A stretch of 64,000 nt of DNA, from IMG/VR virus record IMGVR_UViG_3300025890_000021, positions 1 through 64,000 of that record; one strand, written 5' to 3'. Under the pieces are notes generated by a model that was given only the letters and a program-made list of their open reading frames with translations, had not been told where the DNA came from and searched no databases. Below are positions 40,801-50,032 of the stretch, piece after piece. Source of the DNA: a virus. Its lineage: Duplodnaviria; Caudoviricetes. Made by a program: the position numbers and the translations under genes. Position 1 is the stretch's first letter; the number at the start of each line of letters is the position of its first letter.

Positions 40801-42754
40801 ATGGTATTAGTTTTATTTTATCTTCATATGGTTCCATTTTCTCTTCAACAAAATAAGCCAAATCACCCACTTCTAATTCTTCAGGTAATGGTTTATAAAA
40901 TTTAAAGTAACGAGCAGTTTTATCAGAAAACGCATCCAATGGTACAACACCTGGGTCTGTTTGTAATACATCTTTTGGACTATCTAAAACACTAATTGCT
41001 AAGTGATATCCATGTTCAGTAACCATGTAGTTATTTAATCTTGAAACTTTGTTCTTTCTGTAGTTAACATAAAATTCATCAAAGAAGTTACCACTTACAT
41101 CATCACCACTATGTTCTGATTCTGTAGCACCCATTTCATATGATTTATCTACACGAACTCTATTGTTATCAAGTATCTCTACAATAGTAGCAACAAAATC
41201 AATTGGTGTATTTTCAAAAATTACTTCTGGTTCTTGTGCAGTATCTTCTTCATCTAATTCAGGTACAATATCTGTGATACCATCTTGTATTTGAACCCTT
41301 ACTATCTCATCAACTATTTCTCTTGTTACAGCTGGAACTTGTTCATTTATTACCCATTCATTTGTTGGTGCGATTGTACTTGGTGTTGAAGTTGCTGCTC
41401 CACCACCAGTTCCACTATCACCACCACCACCTTGTCCATCTTCAAAATCTTCTGCTAATCTTAACATATTGATACGATGGTTTCTCTGATGTAAGAAGTG
41501 TTCCATACTTCTCCATTTACCAAGTGTAGCACTAACTACATTATCAGCATATATAGTGTGGTGTTTATCTAATATTAAATTCCAAACATCTAATGGTGAT
41601 GATTTAAATTCTGTACCAACTTCATTTGCCATATACCACTTACCACGATGTTTAATCGGGTGATGGTCTGTTGTGATTAGTTTACCAATCCTAACTAACT
41701 TATCACCATAAGGTCTGTTATCTTTTACTACCTTTAATACTTTTGCAAAACCTTGTTCAGTTTTCACTTTCATACCAGGTCTCATCATCTTGATTGGTAA
41801 GGTACGATTGTTACTTAATTTTATTTGTGTATCACCTACAAAACAAACACTACCATAATCATCAAACCTATCTAAATCTTGATAACTATCATCTGGTGCA
41901 GGTACTTCTGCTATCTGTTCTATGACTGGTGTAGGTTTACCTTGTGTTGCACCTTTGATTGCTTTTCGTGCAACCTTTCTAACTATTTCTGAATCTAATC
42001 TTCTCTTAGGGCCTACATCATCCTCAACTATTTTTTCTACAATTTTTTCTCTTGTGATTGTGTAAGTGTACATACCAGGTATAACAATTTCTCCACCAAC
42101 CATGTTATCAGTAAATCCTCTTTCGTTTCTACCTGTAACGAATTGTAATACATATGGGTCTGTTTTATCAAACTTTATTTTACCAGCATTTGCTCTATTC
42201 TTTTTTGGTGTGTACACCATATCTTTGTTGATAGATGTAAAATCTTTTTGGTAAGGAACATTATTTATATTTTGTAAATCAACTTTTATCTCTCTTTTAT
42301 TAGGTGAGATTTGTTTGATTCTGTATTGTAATTTTTTAGGTAATAACTCTGTAGATTTACCCTCTGAAAGTTTTTGTTTACCAGATGTGAAATAACGAGT
42401 ACGACCATTGACAGTTTTTACTTGTGCTTTACCAATATGAATAAAACTATCTTCGTTAATTAAAACATCTTCTTGTTTTCCAGCCAATCTTCTTAAGAAA
42501 AGATATTTTACTTTATACTCACCAATTTCTAATCCCATTGAACGAAGATGTGTACCTACATCTAAATCAACTAAGTTTGGTGTTGGAAACTTTACTTCAC
42601 CTGCAGGAAATATATCATCATCGACATATTTGTCTTCCATATCATAAACATACAAATGTAAGTAATCAGAATTATCTCTACCAAATCCACTATATACGGG
42701 TCTTGGTGATTCTAATTCTTCTCTATCTTTATCCGTTAAACCATACTCTAACAT
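37865..42754 (-). CDS. 1629-aa baseplate-associated protein with an internal Hint (Vint-like) domain (about 41510-41845) and a LamG/ConA-like domain
   Basis: CFVGDTQIKL...ITTDHHPI...VWNLILDKHHTIYADNVVSATLG; later TIEFRF...LWVGG...GSLMEFRLW (LamG-like); baseplate context. Confidence 0.65.
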   Translation of the reverse strand: MLEYGLTDKDREELESPRPVYSGFGRDNSDYLHLYVYDMEDKYVDDDIFPAGEVKFPTPNLVDLDVGTHLRSMGLEIGEYKVKYLFLRRLAGKQEDVLINEDSFIHIGKAQVKTVNGRTRYFTSGKQKLSEGKSTELLPKKLQYRIKQISPNKREIKVDLQNINNVPYQKDFTSINKDMVYTPKKNRANAGKIKFDKTDPYVLQFVTGRNERGFTDNMVGGEIVIPGMYTYTITREKIVEKIVEDDVGPKRRLDSEIVRKVARKAIKGATQGKPTPVIEQIAEVPAPDDSYQDLDRFDDYGSVCFVGDTQIKLSNNRTLPIKMMRPGMKVKTEQGFAKVLKVVKDNRPYGDKLVRIGKLITTDHHPIKHRGKWYMANEVGTEFKSSPLDVWNLILDKHHTIYADNVVSATLGKWRSMEHFLHQRNHRINMLRLAEDFEDGQGGGGDSGTGGGAATSTPSTIAPTNEWVINEQVPAVTREIVDEIVRVQIQDGITDIVPELDEEDTAQEPEVIFENTPIDFVATIVEILDNNRVRVDKSYEMGATESEHSGDDVSGNFFDEFYVNYRKNKVSRLNNYMVTEHGYHLAISVLDSPKDVLQTDPGVVPLDAFSDKTARYFKFYKPLPEELEVGDLAYFVEEKMEPYEDKIKLIPFVEEDDEYLFLRVPNLNSTSNPINFRGTNYKKYDDLLSSDSSTNEEIINSVHSSSLLDVQLNIDYQKRTEKLSADGETTDYGFGNFVNFSSAETRLRNFRKKVELVEKYTSSSLSISNVTGSGETQADFDLKKRQVINSFGPYENFLYTVSSSYASSSLGEFYDASWPKESSTEPHTLYHTSSSQVTAWWNTWIGYSREYDRANMDRLTNQLPAHVNQDTQNEVFLDFMDMVGEQFDEIWSYLRHFTDVNERVPKVSEGISKDIVKEIAKNMGFEVNSGNDLVILPTYLLGKDSSGAALNETPSEALTEEIWKRILSNLPFFMKNKGTVRAMKGLMNCYGIPSSLLRVREYGGPDLNDRVSYEIKRKFTYALDFRSSQYLLTPWTNDSVSNIKPQTIEFRFRSPKSQNQVIVESENNWAIELLDNGATDNLGRVQFSISGSSGNTFVTSSLLPVYNDDMFSVMLTRKSSSGADLTSDDVSQEVTYELTARQYDASREVIVYSNSSSLSTTSNDINGAFTQSANLWVGGHNDKFHKTRLSGSLMEFRLWSEPLSQSVFENHVMAPKAYNGNTTSSMYDNLIFRLPLGENSNLGSGTNYQLDDKSYQTNYFASASAVGYSENLFRSISDKEQMKVPNIGPARRNATKIRTENTKLLGNLSSNIRQEVSAQSFAPIDSNKLGVFFSPVDVVNEDIMYSLADINLDNEIGDPRDQYRIGYRGLDKVQRDYWKKYSRSNNFWDYMRIINFFDRSIFDQLLKLAPARANTTLGLLIEPNLLERSKEVVGKIPEFDNVYYENAGHFDNGIQLTSRLSSSAEPIPYRFHGEYTTYNGDVNLHNLESGSLGTLGIPTLNKINQIDPRSDYGNLYATASITEGDIEPTFEEAFNPFVSASRISEHNEIKEFFYSSEASASRGESYSSSFAPAEFQSVAYESKLFRLFYKQELLTKNNTIDGKEPVEITITSPTKLVTQEPGDSKLKVD

Positions 42755-43533
42755 TTACCGAACTCCACTCCGATTTCATCGTAATCCACCATGTATACTC
42801 CAAATATACTATCAACTGCCTGTGGATTAGTTTTCATAACTTCTTGTGCCATAACACCTTTATATTTTTGTGTACCCCATATGTATCTGAATTCATATGT
42901 GTTGAATCCATTCTCTATACCAAGTGGTACGATATCTCTTTTTAATCTTTCATCACTAAATATTTTCTTTAATTTTTTTGCTGCTCTTTTTAATCTTCCA
43001 CCCTTTTTCTTTTTCTTTTTCTTTTTCTTTTTAACTTCTTTCTTTTCTTGGTCTGTGGATGTTGTGTTATTCATCTCAGCAATTTTTTTATTCAAACCAT
43101 TGATGGCATCAGTTAAACTATTATTTAGTACTTGATTTCGTTCTATCTCTCCATCCAATTCTGCTTGTAGTGCATCTATATCTACACCATTTTCTTCTTC
43201 TTCATTTTCTCTTGGGAAGATTTCTAAAAATTGTATATCATCACCAAAGAACTTAATAACTCTATCTGTTGTACCAGAGTTTTGTCTTACTTGTAATCTT
43301 ACTAATTGATAATCCTCTTCAATGGATTGTCCTTGTTTATCTGGCGATTCGTAAGATAGTAGAAAACCATTTTCATCTCTTATAGGATTAGTGGCATCAA
43401 CGATAGAACCACTTATCTCCATTCGTTTTTTTGCTTCTTCGGCAGCCTTTAATTGTTTTGCTTTATCTGCTTCTATTACTTTAGCATAGTATGGGCTTTT
43501 CTTTTTTGCCGTTTGATTAAAAATGTAAGGCAT
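42748..43533 (-). CDS. Structural protein with coiled coil, poly-Lys tract and C-terminal peptidase S74-like domain
   Basis: FSDERLKRDI...YEFRY...YKGVMAQEV...VDYD. Confidence 0.7.
   Translation of the reverse strand: MPYIFNQTAKKKSPYYAKVIEADKAKQLKAAEEAKKRMEISGSIVDATNPIRDENGFLLSYESPDKQGQSIEEDYQLVRLQVRQNSGTTDRVIKFFGDDIQFLEIFPRENEEEENGVDIDALQAELDGEIERNQVLNNSLTDAINGLNKKIAEMNNTTSTDQEKKEVKKKKKKKKKKGGRLKRAAKKLKKIFSDERLKRDIVPLGIENGFNTYEFRYIWGTQKYKGVMAQEVMKTNPQAVDSIFGVYMVDYDEIGVEFGKC
43003..43032 (-). repeat. Perfect (AAAAAG)5 hexamer repeat encoding K10
   Basis: + strand reads (CTTTTT) five times. Confidence 0.9.
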
Positions 43534-43534
43534 T

Positions 43535-44713
43535 TTATCTCACCACTTTAAATATGAAGTCATCATCGTATATCATTGAAGTTTGGTCTGCTCCACTACC
43601 ACTAACTACTTTGATTTCAAATCTATAAAATCTTTCTGGTTGAAATCCATCCATCCATAAGTTAAAGAAGTTACCTGTAGAATCACAACTCACAATTGAA
43701 CCTGTACCGAATGGTATTATTGTATCTTCGGTTTCGGCATCTCTTACAGAATAATAAGTACCCTGTCCTAAACTTCTACTACCACTTGGTAAAAACTTAA
43801 CAGTCAATGCTGCTGGTGTAGTATCGAATCCACGAGTAGGATATAGTTCACGACCAGTGAATCTGAATTTTACTTTTGATTTTTCCTTGTACTCAGGTTT
43901 TAAATTATTGAAATAAATTTTTAATCTATCTAAATCAGTAGAACTCAATGCTGTTAAACTACCAGTAGCGAAACTTGAATCATCCCATTCTACTTCTAAC
44001 TTAGGTGGATAGATTGTATGTGTTTCTCTTGAAAAATATTTTAATTGACCTTGTGGTGTAGAGTTACCCTCTGCAGAACCTGTAGCAGTTGTTGGGTCAA
44101 AGATACTATACATACTCTGTGATGTTACAAGGTTTTGTCTCTTAACAATAAATCCATTGTTTGGATATGTTGAACCACTATAAATATGGTTCTTAACCAA
44201 ATCACTAATATCCATTCTAATATCACGAGTTTCATAAACTAAATCTTGTGATGAACTTACCTCGTATGTAGCTGCTAAACTTGATGTAAACCAAGTTCCA
44301 CCTTGTGTTGTACTACCACTAACCCATTCAGTTTTTGTTGTATCATTATCACGATACTTCCAACTAGCACCATCACTTAGTGCTGGGTCTCTATCTTTAG
44401 TGCCTGTACCACCTGCCCAACTTCCACTTACCATGTAAGTAAATAAAGATTGTTCTACTGCTAATTCTTCTGAACTAGCATCATATAAATTTAAATAATA
44501 TTTTGCATCACTTGGAATTGTTCCACTTTGTACTGATGATGAAATATATGAATAATCAAATTTAATTAAAATCCTTGAAGCATTAATTGTAGTACCTGAA
44601 GAGTTTACATGCTTTTCCACTTCTAATATTTGGTCTAAACCTGTATTGATTGAAGATGTAACATTACCCTCATAAATTGTTGTGTCTGTTGTTGGATATT
44701 CAAAATAATACAC
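43535..44713 (-). CDS. Putative virion structural protein (DNRLRE-like N-terminus)
   Basis: DTTIYE...NTGLDQILEV...SRILIKFD...YLNLY; baseplate context. Confidence 0.45.
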   Translation of the reverse strand: MYYFEYPTTDTTIYEGNVTSSINTGLDQILEVEKHVNSSGTTINASRILIKFDYSYISSSVQSGTIPSDAKYYLNLYDASSEELAVEQSLFTYMVSGSWAGGTGTKDRDPALSDGASWKYRDNDTTKTEWVSGSTTQGGTWFTSSLAATYEVSSSQDLVYETRDIRMDISDLVKNHIYSGSTYPNNGFIVKRQNLVTSQSMYSIFDPTTATGSAEGNSTPQGQLKYFSRETHTIYPPKLEVEWDDSSFATGSLTALSSTDLDRLKIYFNNLKPEYKEKSKVKFRFTGRELYPTRGFDTTPAALTVKFLPSGSRSLGQGTYYSVRDAETEDTIIPFGTGSIVSCDSTGNFFNLWMDGFQPERFYRFEIKVVSGSGADQTSMIYDDDFIFKVVR

Positions 44714-46683
44714 TATACATCTCCTATTACTCTACCCTCAATATCTGTATTAGGGAATTTTAGTTCAAATATGCTTGGGTCTAATGATGAATATATGATA
44801 CCATCTTTTGTTGCTGATTGAACATCGTAAATGTGTCCACTATACCCATCTTCAGTTCTATACTTATTATCCACAACTACTATTTGTTTGTTTGGATTAT
44901 CGTCTTCGGGTGGTACAACACTTGCCACACCATCTACTAAAGAAATCTTGTAGGCAATATCACTCAACACTATTGGTTGACTAATCTGCCAGTTATCTGT
45001 ATTGAAATGTTTTTTAACAGCATCAATACATCTTAATAATACTTCGTTCTTGTTAAATCCTCTTTGTGTTATGATACTAAATCTAACACCGATATTAACA
45101 ATATACCCATCTTTAATATTAATTGCATCTGTTACCATTCTGTATTGTGATAAGTAAACTCTAAGGTTTTGTTTCACAACATCATTTAGTGCAACTAATT
45201 TTTTCTTACCATCATAACCCAACACATACATATTTAATGCAAGTGGATTAGGTATCACACTTGTGTTTGGTTGTTTAACAATTCTACCTTGTTTCATAAT
45301 GGTTTGAGTATTGACTTCTAATTGTTCATCTTGAACTAAAAATACTTTTGCAACTGCACCATATTTTTGTGGTAGTGAATAAACTCGGATAACATAATCT
45401 TCTTTTGTTACTGCACGATTCTGTGAAGCAAAATGTGCTGAAGCATTTTGTCTAACCTCTTCAGGTGATTCACCCGAACTACCACCAGTTGCTGGTTCGT
45501 TGTTTATTATTGATAAACTATCTTTCGTTTCTTTTACTTTTGTAGAATCTAATCCATCCTCTTCAAGTGATGTACTTAGTGTATCAAGATTTTTGATATC
45601 ACCACTAACAACATTATCCACTTGAGAACCACCATAAGTATAAGTTACAGTCAATGTAATATTACTTGGTGCTTGTCCAAACGCTTTTGTTTTTAAGAAA
45701 TTACTTGGGTCAAATGATTCATCAAGTTTAGATAAACCTGTACCAAGTGAACTACCAACATTATCTGGATTAGGTATAATCTCTTCATCTGCATTTGTAG
45801 ATGTTCCTGCACCAAATCTTAATTCTGTTTTTCCATCACTTCTAATATATCGAGTAAAACGATTTGCAGATTTTACTAACTTTAATAAGAAAGGTGCTGC
45901 TTGTGAATTAGCAGATACATCAGGTGAGTTAATAGAATTGTTTTCGATATCTTGGAAGACAGTATCTTGTGCTAAGAAAGGAACTTCATACCATGTGTTT
46001 CCATCATCATCCGTTACTGAAGTAATCTCAATAACATTCTCTTTACTTAAAATAATTTTATCAAATTTTATAGCATCACTAAAAACAAAATCCTCAGAAG
46101 TTTTAAATCCACTTTCTAATGTTGCTTTTTTTGTAAGAGTATAATGTGTTGGTGTATCACCATCGTTTTTAGAAACCACATCTTTTCTTGTATCAAATGA
46201 AGATGAGTATTTAAAATTAACATCATCCATCAATCTAAAACTTCTACCACTCTTACTTGAGAATATACTATCTGCATTTACTTTCAATGCATAATTTAAA
46301 TCTGGTTCGTAAGTATCACCAACATTAATTGCTGGAACTTGTAAACTTAAATCACATATTGCAGTTGCAGGTGTACTTAAGTTTGGTTTATATCCAAATG
46401 ATTGTGCAATCTTAAAAATGTTTTTCTTTTCTTCAGCAGAATGTAATAGTGTTTCACGATATTGATTATCAACATAGTAACTCAACATATCACCAACATA
46501 AGATGCCATTTCAATAAACATCATACCAGGTGATGATTCGTTAAAATCATTGTATGCGGTTGGATAGTATGATTTCGCAAACTCAATAAGGTTCTGTCTT
46601 ATTGAACTGAAATCTCTTCCAATATACTTTACTTTCTTCTTTTCTTTTTTAATATTGGTTCCGTATTCTACATCCAAAGCCAT
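44713..46683 (-). CDS. gp6: Baseplate wedge subunit, T4 gp6-like
   Basis: DFSSIRQNLIEFAK...DFNESSPG...E..L..A.E..N...A...GYKP; FASQNRAVTKEDY. Confidence 0.88.
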   Translation of the reverse strand: MALDVEYGTNIKKEKKKVKYIGRDFSSIRQNLIEFAKSYYPTAYNDFNESSPGMMFIEMASYVGDMLSYYVDNQYRETLLHSAEEKKNIFKIAQSFGYKPNLSTPATAICDLSLQVPAINVGDTYEPDLNYALKVNADSIFSSKSGRSFRLMDDVNFKYSSSFDTRKDVVSKNDGDTPTHYTLTKKATLESGFKTSEDFVFSDAIKFDKIILSKENVIEITSVTDDDGNTWYEVPFLAQDTVFQDIENNSINSPDVSANSQAAPFLLKLVKSANRFTRYIRSDGKTELRFGAGTSTNADEEIIPNPDNVGSSLGTGLSKLDESFDPSNFLKTKAFGQAPSNITLTVTYTYGGSQVDNVVSGDIKNLDTLSTSLEEDGLDSTKVKETKDSLSIINNEPATGGSSGESPEEVRQNASAHFASQNRAVTKEDYVIRVYSLPQKYGAVAKVFLVQDEQLEVNTQTIMKQGRIVKQPNTSVIPNPLALNMYVLGYDGKKKLVALNDVVKQNLRVYLSQYRMVTDAINIKDGYIVNIGVRFSIITQRGFNKNEVLLRCIDAVKKHFNTDNWQISQPIVLSDIAYKISLVDGVASVVPPEDDNPNKQIVVVDNKYRTEDGYSGHIYDVQSATKDGIIYSSLDPSIFELKFPNTDIEGRVIGDV

Positions 46684-46693
46684 TTACTTTCTC

Positions 46694-47143
46694 CTAACCT
46701 GTGGTATTGAAATTAAAGGATATCTGTTCAGGTGCATCCTCATCATCCACATTCACTAAAAATTCTAAGTTTACTAACACTTGATTACTATCTGGTGTTA
46801 AGATAATATCTATAGTGTTGATTGATACATAAGGTAACCATTGTGCCAACGCCTCTTCAATTGCTGCTTCTATTCTATCTTCCAAACCATCTTCTTGTGG
46901 TTCAAAAATTAGTGAAGTTAATTCACAACCAAATGTTGGTTGGTTAACTCTTTCACCTGGAATAGTTAGTAATAAATTTTTTATGTTTGTGGAAACTTGT
47001 TCTCTTATTGTAGAACTTCTTGGAAAGAATCCAGCGTTACCACTTTTATATGTGAGTGGAAAAGTTAATCCAAAGAACGCATCGCTATCTTCATTGATAA
47101 CTCGTACTGGTGGATTTGTTAATGTTGATACTTTTTCACTCAT
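46694..47143 (-). CDS. gp25: Baseplate wedge subunit, gp25/GPW family
   Basis: IKNLLLTIPGERVNQPTFGCEL..LIFEP...LAQWLPYV. Confidence 0.9.
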   Translation of the reverse strand: MSEKVSTLTNPPVRVINEDSDAFFGLTFPLTYKSGNAGFFPRSSTIREQVSTNIKNLLLTIPGERVNQPTFGCELTSLIFEPQEDGLEDRIEAAIEEALAQWLPYVSINTIDIILTPDSNQVLVNLEFLVNVDDEDAPEQISFNFNTTG

Positions 47144-47149
47144 GGTTTA

Positions 47150-47632
47150 TTACTTCTTTTTAAATTTATCGTGTTTCATTAAATCACTATAATCTCTTGT
47201 TAAAGCATTTAATACACTTTCAGGTACATCACCCACATTTAAATTCTTTTCTTTTAAGGTTTGTGCAGCTATCATGTTTCTTTGTTGTTCTTTATCACCA
47301 CCTGCTGATAATGCATCTCCGTATCCTAATAGTTCTGATGCTCTACTCGAATCAAAACTTCCACCACCCATCGTTGGATATTCATCCATTTCTGAATCAC
47401 CTTTACTCAATGCAACAGTCTCGTTTAAAACATCGTTTAATGCATCATTACCAGATACAAAATCTCTTTTTTGTCGAACAACTTTTTTGACTGGTTTTTG
47501 TTTTGGTGCTAGAGATTTGAGTGTAGAACTTTTTGCTTTCTTATACTCAGTAATAAATATCTCTTTAGCTTGTTTTTTGACCTCTATTCTTACTACTTCT
47601 CGAATTAATTTTACGAGTGCTTTTTTAGTCAT
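47150..47632 (-). CDS. Hypothetical protein (160 aa)
   Basis: SD GGAGG; structural operon context. Confidence 0.6.
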   Translation of the reverse strand: MTKKALVKLIREVVRIEVKKQAKEIFITEYKKAKSSTLKSLAPKQKPVKKVVRQKRDFVSGNDALNDVLNETVALSKGDSEMDEYPTMGGGSFDSSRASELLGYGDALSAGGDKEQQRNMIAAQTLKEKNLNVGDVPESVLNALTRDYSDLMKHDKFKKK

Positions 47633-47641
47633 AATGACCTC

Positions 47642-48094
47642 CTATACTATATTATATCCTACCGATACCAAAGGTGGGACTGCTGTGATTGTAAAAACAA
47701 TCTGTTGATGATAAATATTAAACGCTGTTATAAACTGGTCAATTGTATCATCAATCGTTTCATTCATCTTACCTTGTGCATCAATGTATGATGATGTTAT
47801 TCCTGGATTAGTTACCAATGCTCCTGCAGCAGTAGCACCACCCAACCAATAAAGTTTTAGACCTGTATCTAATGATGTTGATAATGGTACTGCTCCGTAT
47901 GCACTAAAACATAATTTTAACATTGATTGTAACCCTGCTACATTTCCTGCTGCTAATGGTGCGGGTGGTGCAGTTCCTACTCCACTCACTCCAGTCTTTA
48001 CACATTTATCATATGATTCAGCAATTACTTTTGCCATATCATCATTATTACTTAAACCTTGTTTGTACTCAGCTCTAAATATATCCCAACTCAT
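47642..48094 (-). CDS. Hypothetical protein (150 aa), possibly spike-associated
   Basis: Coupled to the gp5-like gene. Confidence 0.55.
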   Translation of the reverse strand: MSWDIFRAEYKQGLSNNDDMAKVIAESYDKCVKTGVSGVGTAPPAPLAAGNVAGLQSMLKLCFSAYGAVPLSTSLDTGLKLYWLGGATAAGALVTNPGITSSYIDAQGKMNETIDDTIDQFITAFNIYHQQIVFTITAVPPLVSVGYNIV

Positions 48095-49224
48095 TATTTC
48101 GTTTTATTTTGTGGACTCTTAATAGTACTTAATGTAGATTTTATTGATGCTAATAAACCTGCACCAGGTCCAACCACTACTGGTCCTGTCGGTGCTAACA
48201 AACCTGTTTCTATTAATGTTAGTATATCATTTAACTTTGATTCTAATGTATCACCTAACACTATTGGTTCTACTGCATCTATACCACCTATCTTTGTTAT
48301 GGGTGTTTCGATAACAACTTCACCTACTGCACTTATACCTACATTCTTATTACTTGAGAACAAAATATCTCCACCATTTTTTGTGTTTAAGATTATTTTA
48401 TCTGAGTTTAATAAAATTTGTTTACCCTCATATGGTGCTGTAATTAATTTACTTTCTGCACCAAGTGTTGGTTTTAATTCTTGATTAGTTACCATATAAA
48501 TACTTGAAGCATCGGTATCAATCTTTTCTTCTATTGGGACTTTTGAATCACCCTCTATTGTATGTCCAACACTAATAATCACATTGGGTGAATTTTCATT
48601 TTCATTTTTTATATCACTACCGATTCTGATAGAGTTACCAAATCTACCCTCAATAGTTACATCACCCTCATTAGGTAATAGTTTTCTAGCATCATCTATC
48701 TTTTTAAAATAGTGTCCTGTCTCTATACCTGTATCATCAGAGTTAGGTAAATCATCTATATCTTTTGTTGATTTTAATGTATCCTTTTTCTTACCAACAC
48801 TAATACCATGTTGTGTATTAAAATTAGGATTACCAAATAAATTTAATTGTGTTGTAAAAAATAATTGACCAAGATATCTTACACCAATAACAATCTCACC
48901 AACTACAGGTGTTATTTGAAAGTTTGGATTTAATGGTTTGTAATCAGAAAGTGAATCTATATTTTTTCCTAATTCTGAATTTACAAATCTACCCTTTACT
49001 CCACCAAGAAAACTATAATCTGGTCCACCATCTTTCTTTTGTGGAAAATATTTTTTAGTATCATCAAGATGTACTGCTACCACTTCCAATGGTTCTAACT
49101 CGTAAAATTCGTTTGGTGAATCTTCTACTTCTTTTAATAATCGTAGAATAGATTCTGTATTTTGTATACGAGATGATATTGGACCAGTTTTATTTCCTGA
49201 TTTTTTTCCAATTATGTATGACAT
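48094..49224 (-). CDS. Baseplate hub/central spike, gp5-like
   Basis: OB-fold-like ITPVVGEIVI; EGRFGNSIRIGS; C-terminal short beta-strand repeats and LGDTL motif. Confidence 0.6.
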   Translation of the reverse strand: MSYIIGKKSGNKTGPISSRIQNTESILRLLKEVEDSPNEFYELEPLEVVAVHLDDTKKYFPQKKDGGPDYSFLGGVKGRFVNSELGKNIDSLSDYKPLNPNFQITPVVGEIVIGVRYLGQLFFTTQLNLFGNPNFNTQHGISVGKKKDTLKSTKDIDDLPNSDDTGIETGHYFKKIDDARKLLPNEGDVTIEGRFGNSIRIGSDIKNENENSPNVIISVGHTIEGDSKVPIEEKIDTDASSIYMVTNQELKPTLGAESKLITAPYEGKQILLNSDKIILNTKNGGDILFSSNKNVGISAVGEVVIETPITKIGGIDAVEPIVLGDTLESKLNDILTLIETGLLAPTGPVVVGPGAGLLASIKSTLSTIKSPQNKTK

Positions 49225-49225
49225 A

Positions 49226-49603
49226 TTAGTTTACTTTTGCTGTAATATTATCGCTATGGTCTTGTAACTCATTGACTGTATTTTCAATGTTTTGCATTAA
49301 TTGTTCTTTTTCTTTCTCAGATAAACCAAACTCACTATCACTATCACTACTTGCACTTGCTTGTGCTAATCGTTGTACGATGGTTGCTAGTTTAACTAAT
49401 TGCTCATCATTCTTTACATTGATTTCTAAGTACTCTTTCAACATAGGAATGATTTGTACGGCCGTATCGCCATCCTTGATAAACTGAACTACTTCTTTCA
49501 TTAGAACTTCTAATTGTTCTTTGTTTCGTTTAGAGTTATCATAGATGTCTTTGAACACATCTGACAGGGTTTTACCCTCAAATATTTCGAAATCGATTGC
49601 CAT
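49226..49603 (-). CDS. Hypothetical helical protein (125 aa)
   Basis: Intact ORF with an upstream TATTTATT motif (49628-49635). Confidence 0.6.
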   Translation of the reverse strand: MAIDFEIFEGKTLSDVFKDIYDNSKRNKEQLEVLMKEVVQFIKDGDTAVQIIPMLKEYLEINVKNDEQLVKLATIVQRLAQASASSDSDSEFGLSEKEKEQLMQNIENTVNELQDHSDNITAKVN

Positions 49604-49654
49604 AATTTTGCCTGTTTTTTACCTAATAATAAATAGAAGATTTCTAAAAAAGTG

Positions 49655-49698
49655 TTGTATATATTTATATATCGGAAAATTTTCTAAAATATATACAA
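49655..49698. promoter_or_regulatory. 12-bp inverted repeat in the divergent intergenic region
   Basis: ttgtatatattt (49655-49666) and aaatatatacaa (49687-49698); overlaps a + strand TATTTATA at 49662. Confidence 0.4.
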
Positions 49699-49759
49699 TA
49701 GTTATTATATGTCGGTGAAAAATCTGACATAATTGATTAACTAACGGGAGAGTAACCAT

Positions 49760-49981
49760 ATGCAGGAAATCATAACACTCGTAAAAGGATACATAGACGA
49801 CTTAGCTCAGATGATGTTATCCTTGGTCGCTATTGGTGCAATTTCTGAAGTAATATTTGGAAGTGGTATCTTCGGCGTTAATGTTATTGGTAACCTAACA
49901 CAAATAATCAACACATTCGGCGAATCAGGTTTCGCTGGACTCGTCGCATTGTTGGTGTTGGTGGGTTTATTCCGTAAGTAG
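49760..49981 (+). CDS. 73-aa membrane protein with two TM segments (holin-like topology)
   Basis: Two hydrophobic Gly-rich helices and basic C-terminus; SD GGGAG; followed by a terminator. Confidence 0.7.
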   Translation: MQEIITLVKGYIDDLAQMMLSLVAIGAISEVIFGSGIFGVNVIGNLTQIINTFGESGFAGLVALLVLVGLFRK

Positions 49982-50000
49982 TACTATATCGGATACCTAA

Positions 50001-50032
50001 AATATGGGAGTCTTTTCCGAGGCTCCCATATT
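50001..50032. terminator. Probable bidirectional intrinsic terminator between convergent genes
   Basis: 13-bp stem aatatgggagtct / aggctcccatatt with a 6-nt loop. Confidence 0.7.

Noticed and set aside
43003-43032. Programmed -1 frameshift at the poly-Lys tract
   Set aside because: Codons alternate AAA AAG preceded by G or T, so there is no X XXY YYZ heptamer, and the downstream S74 domain is already in frame.
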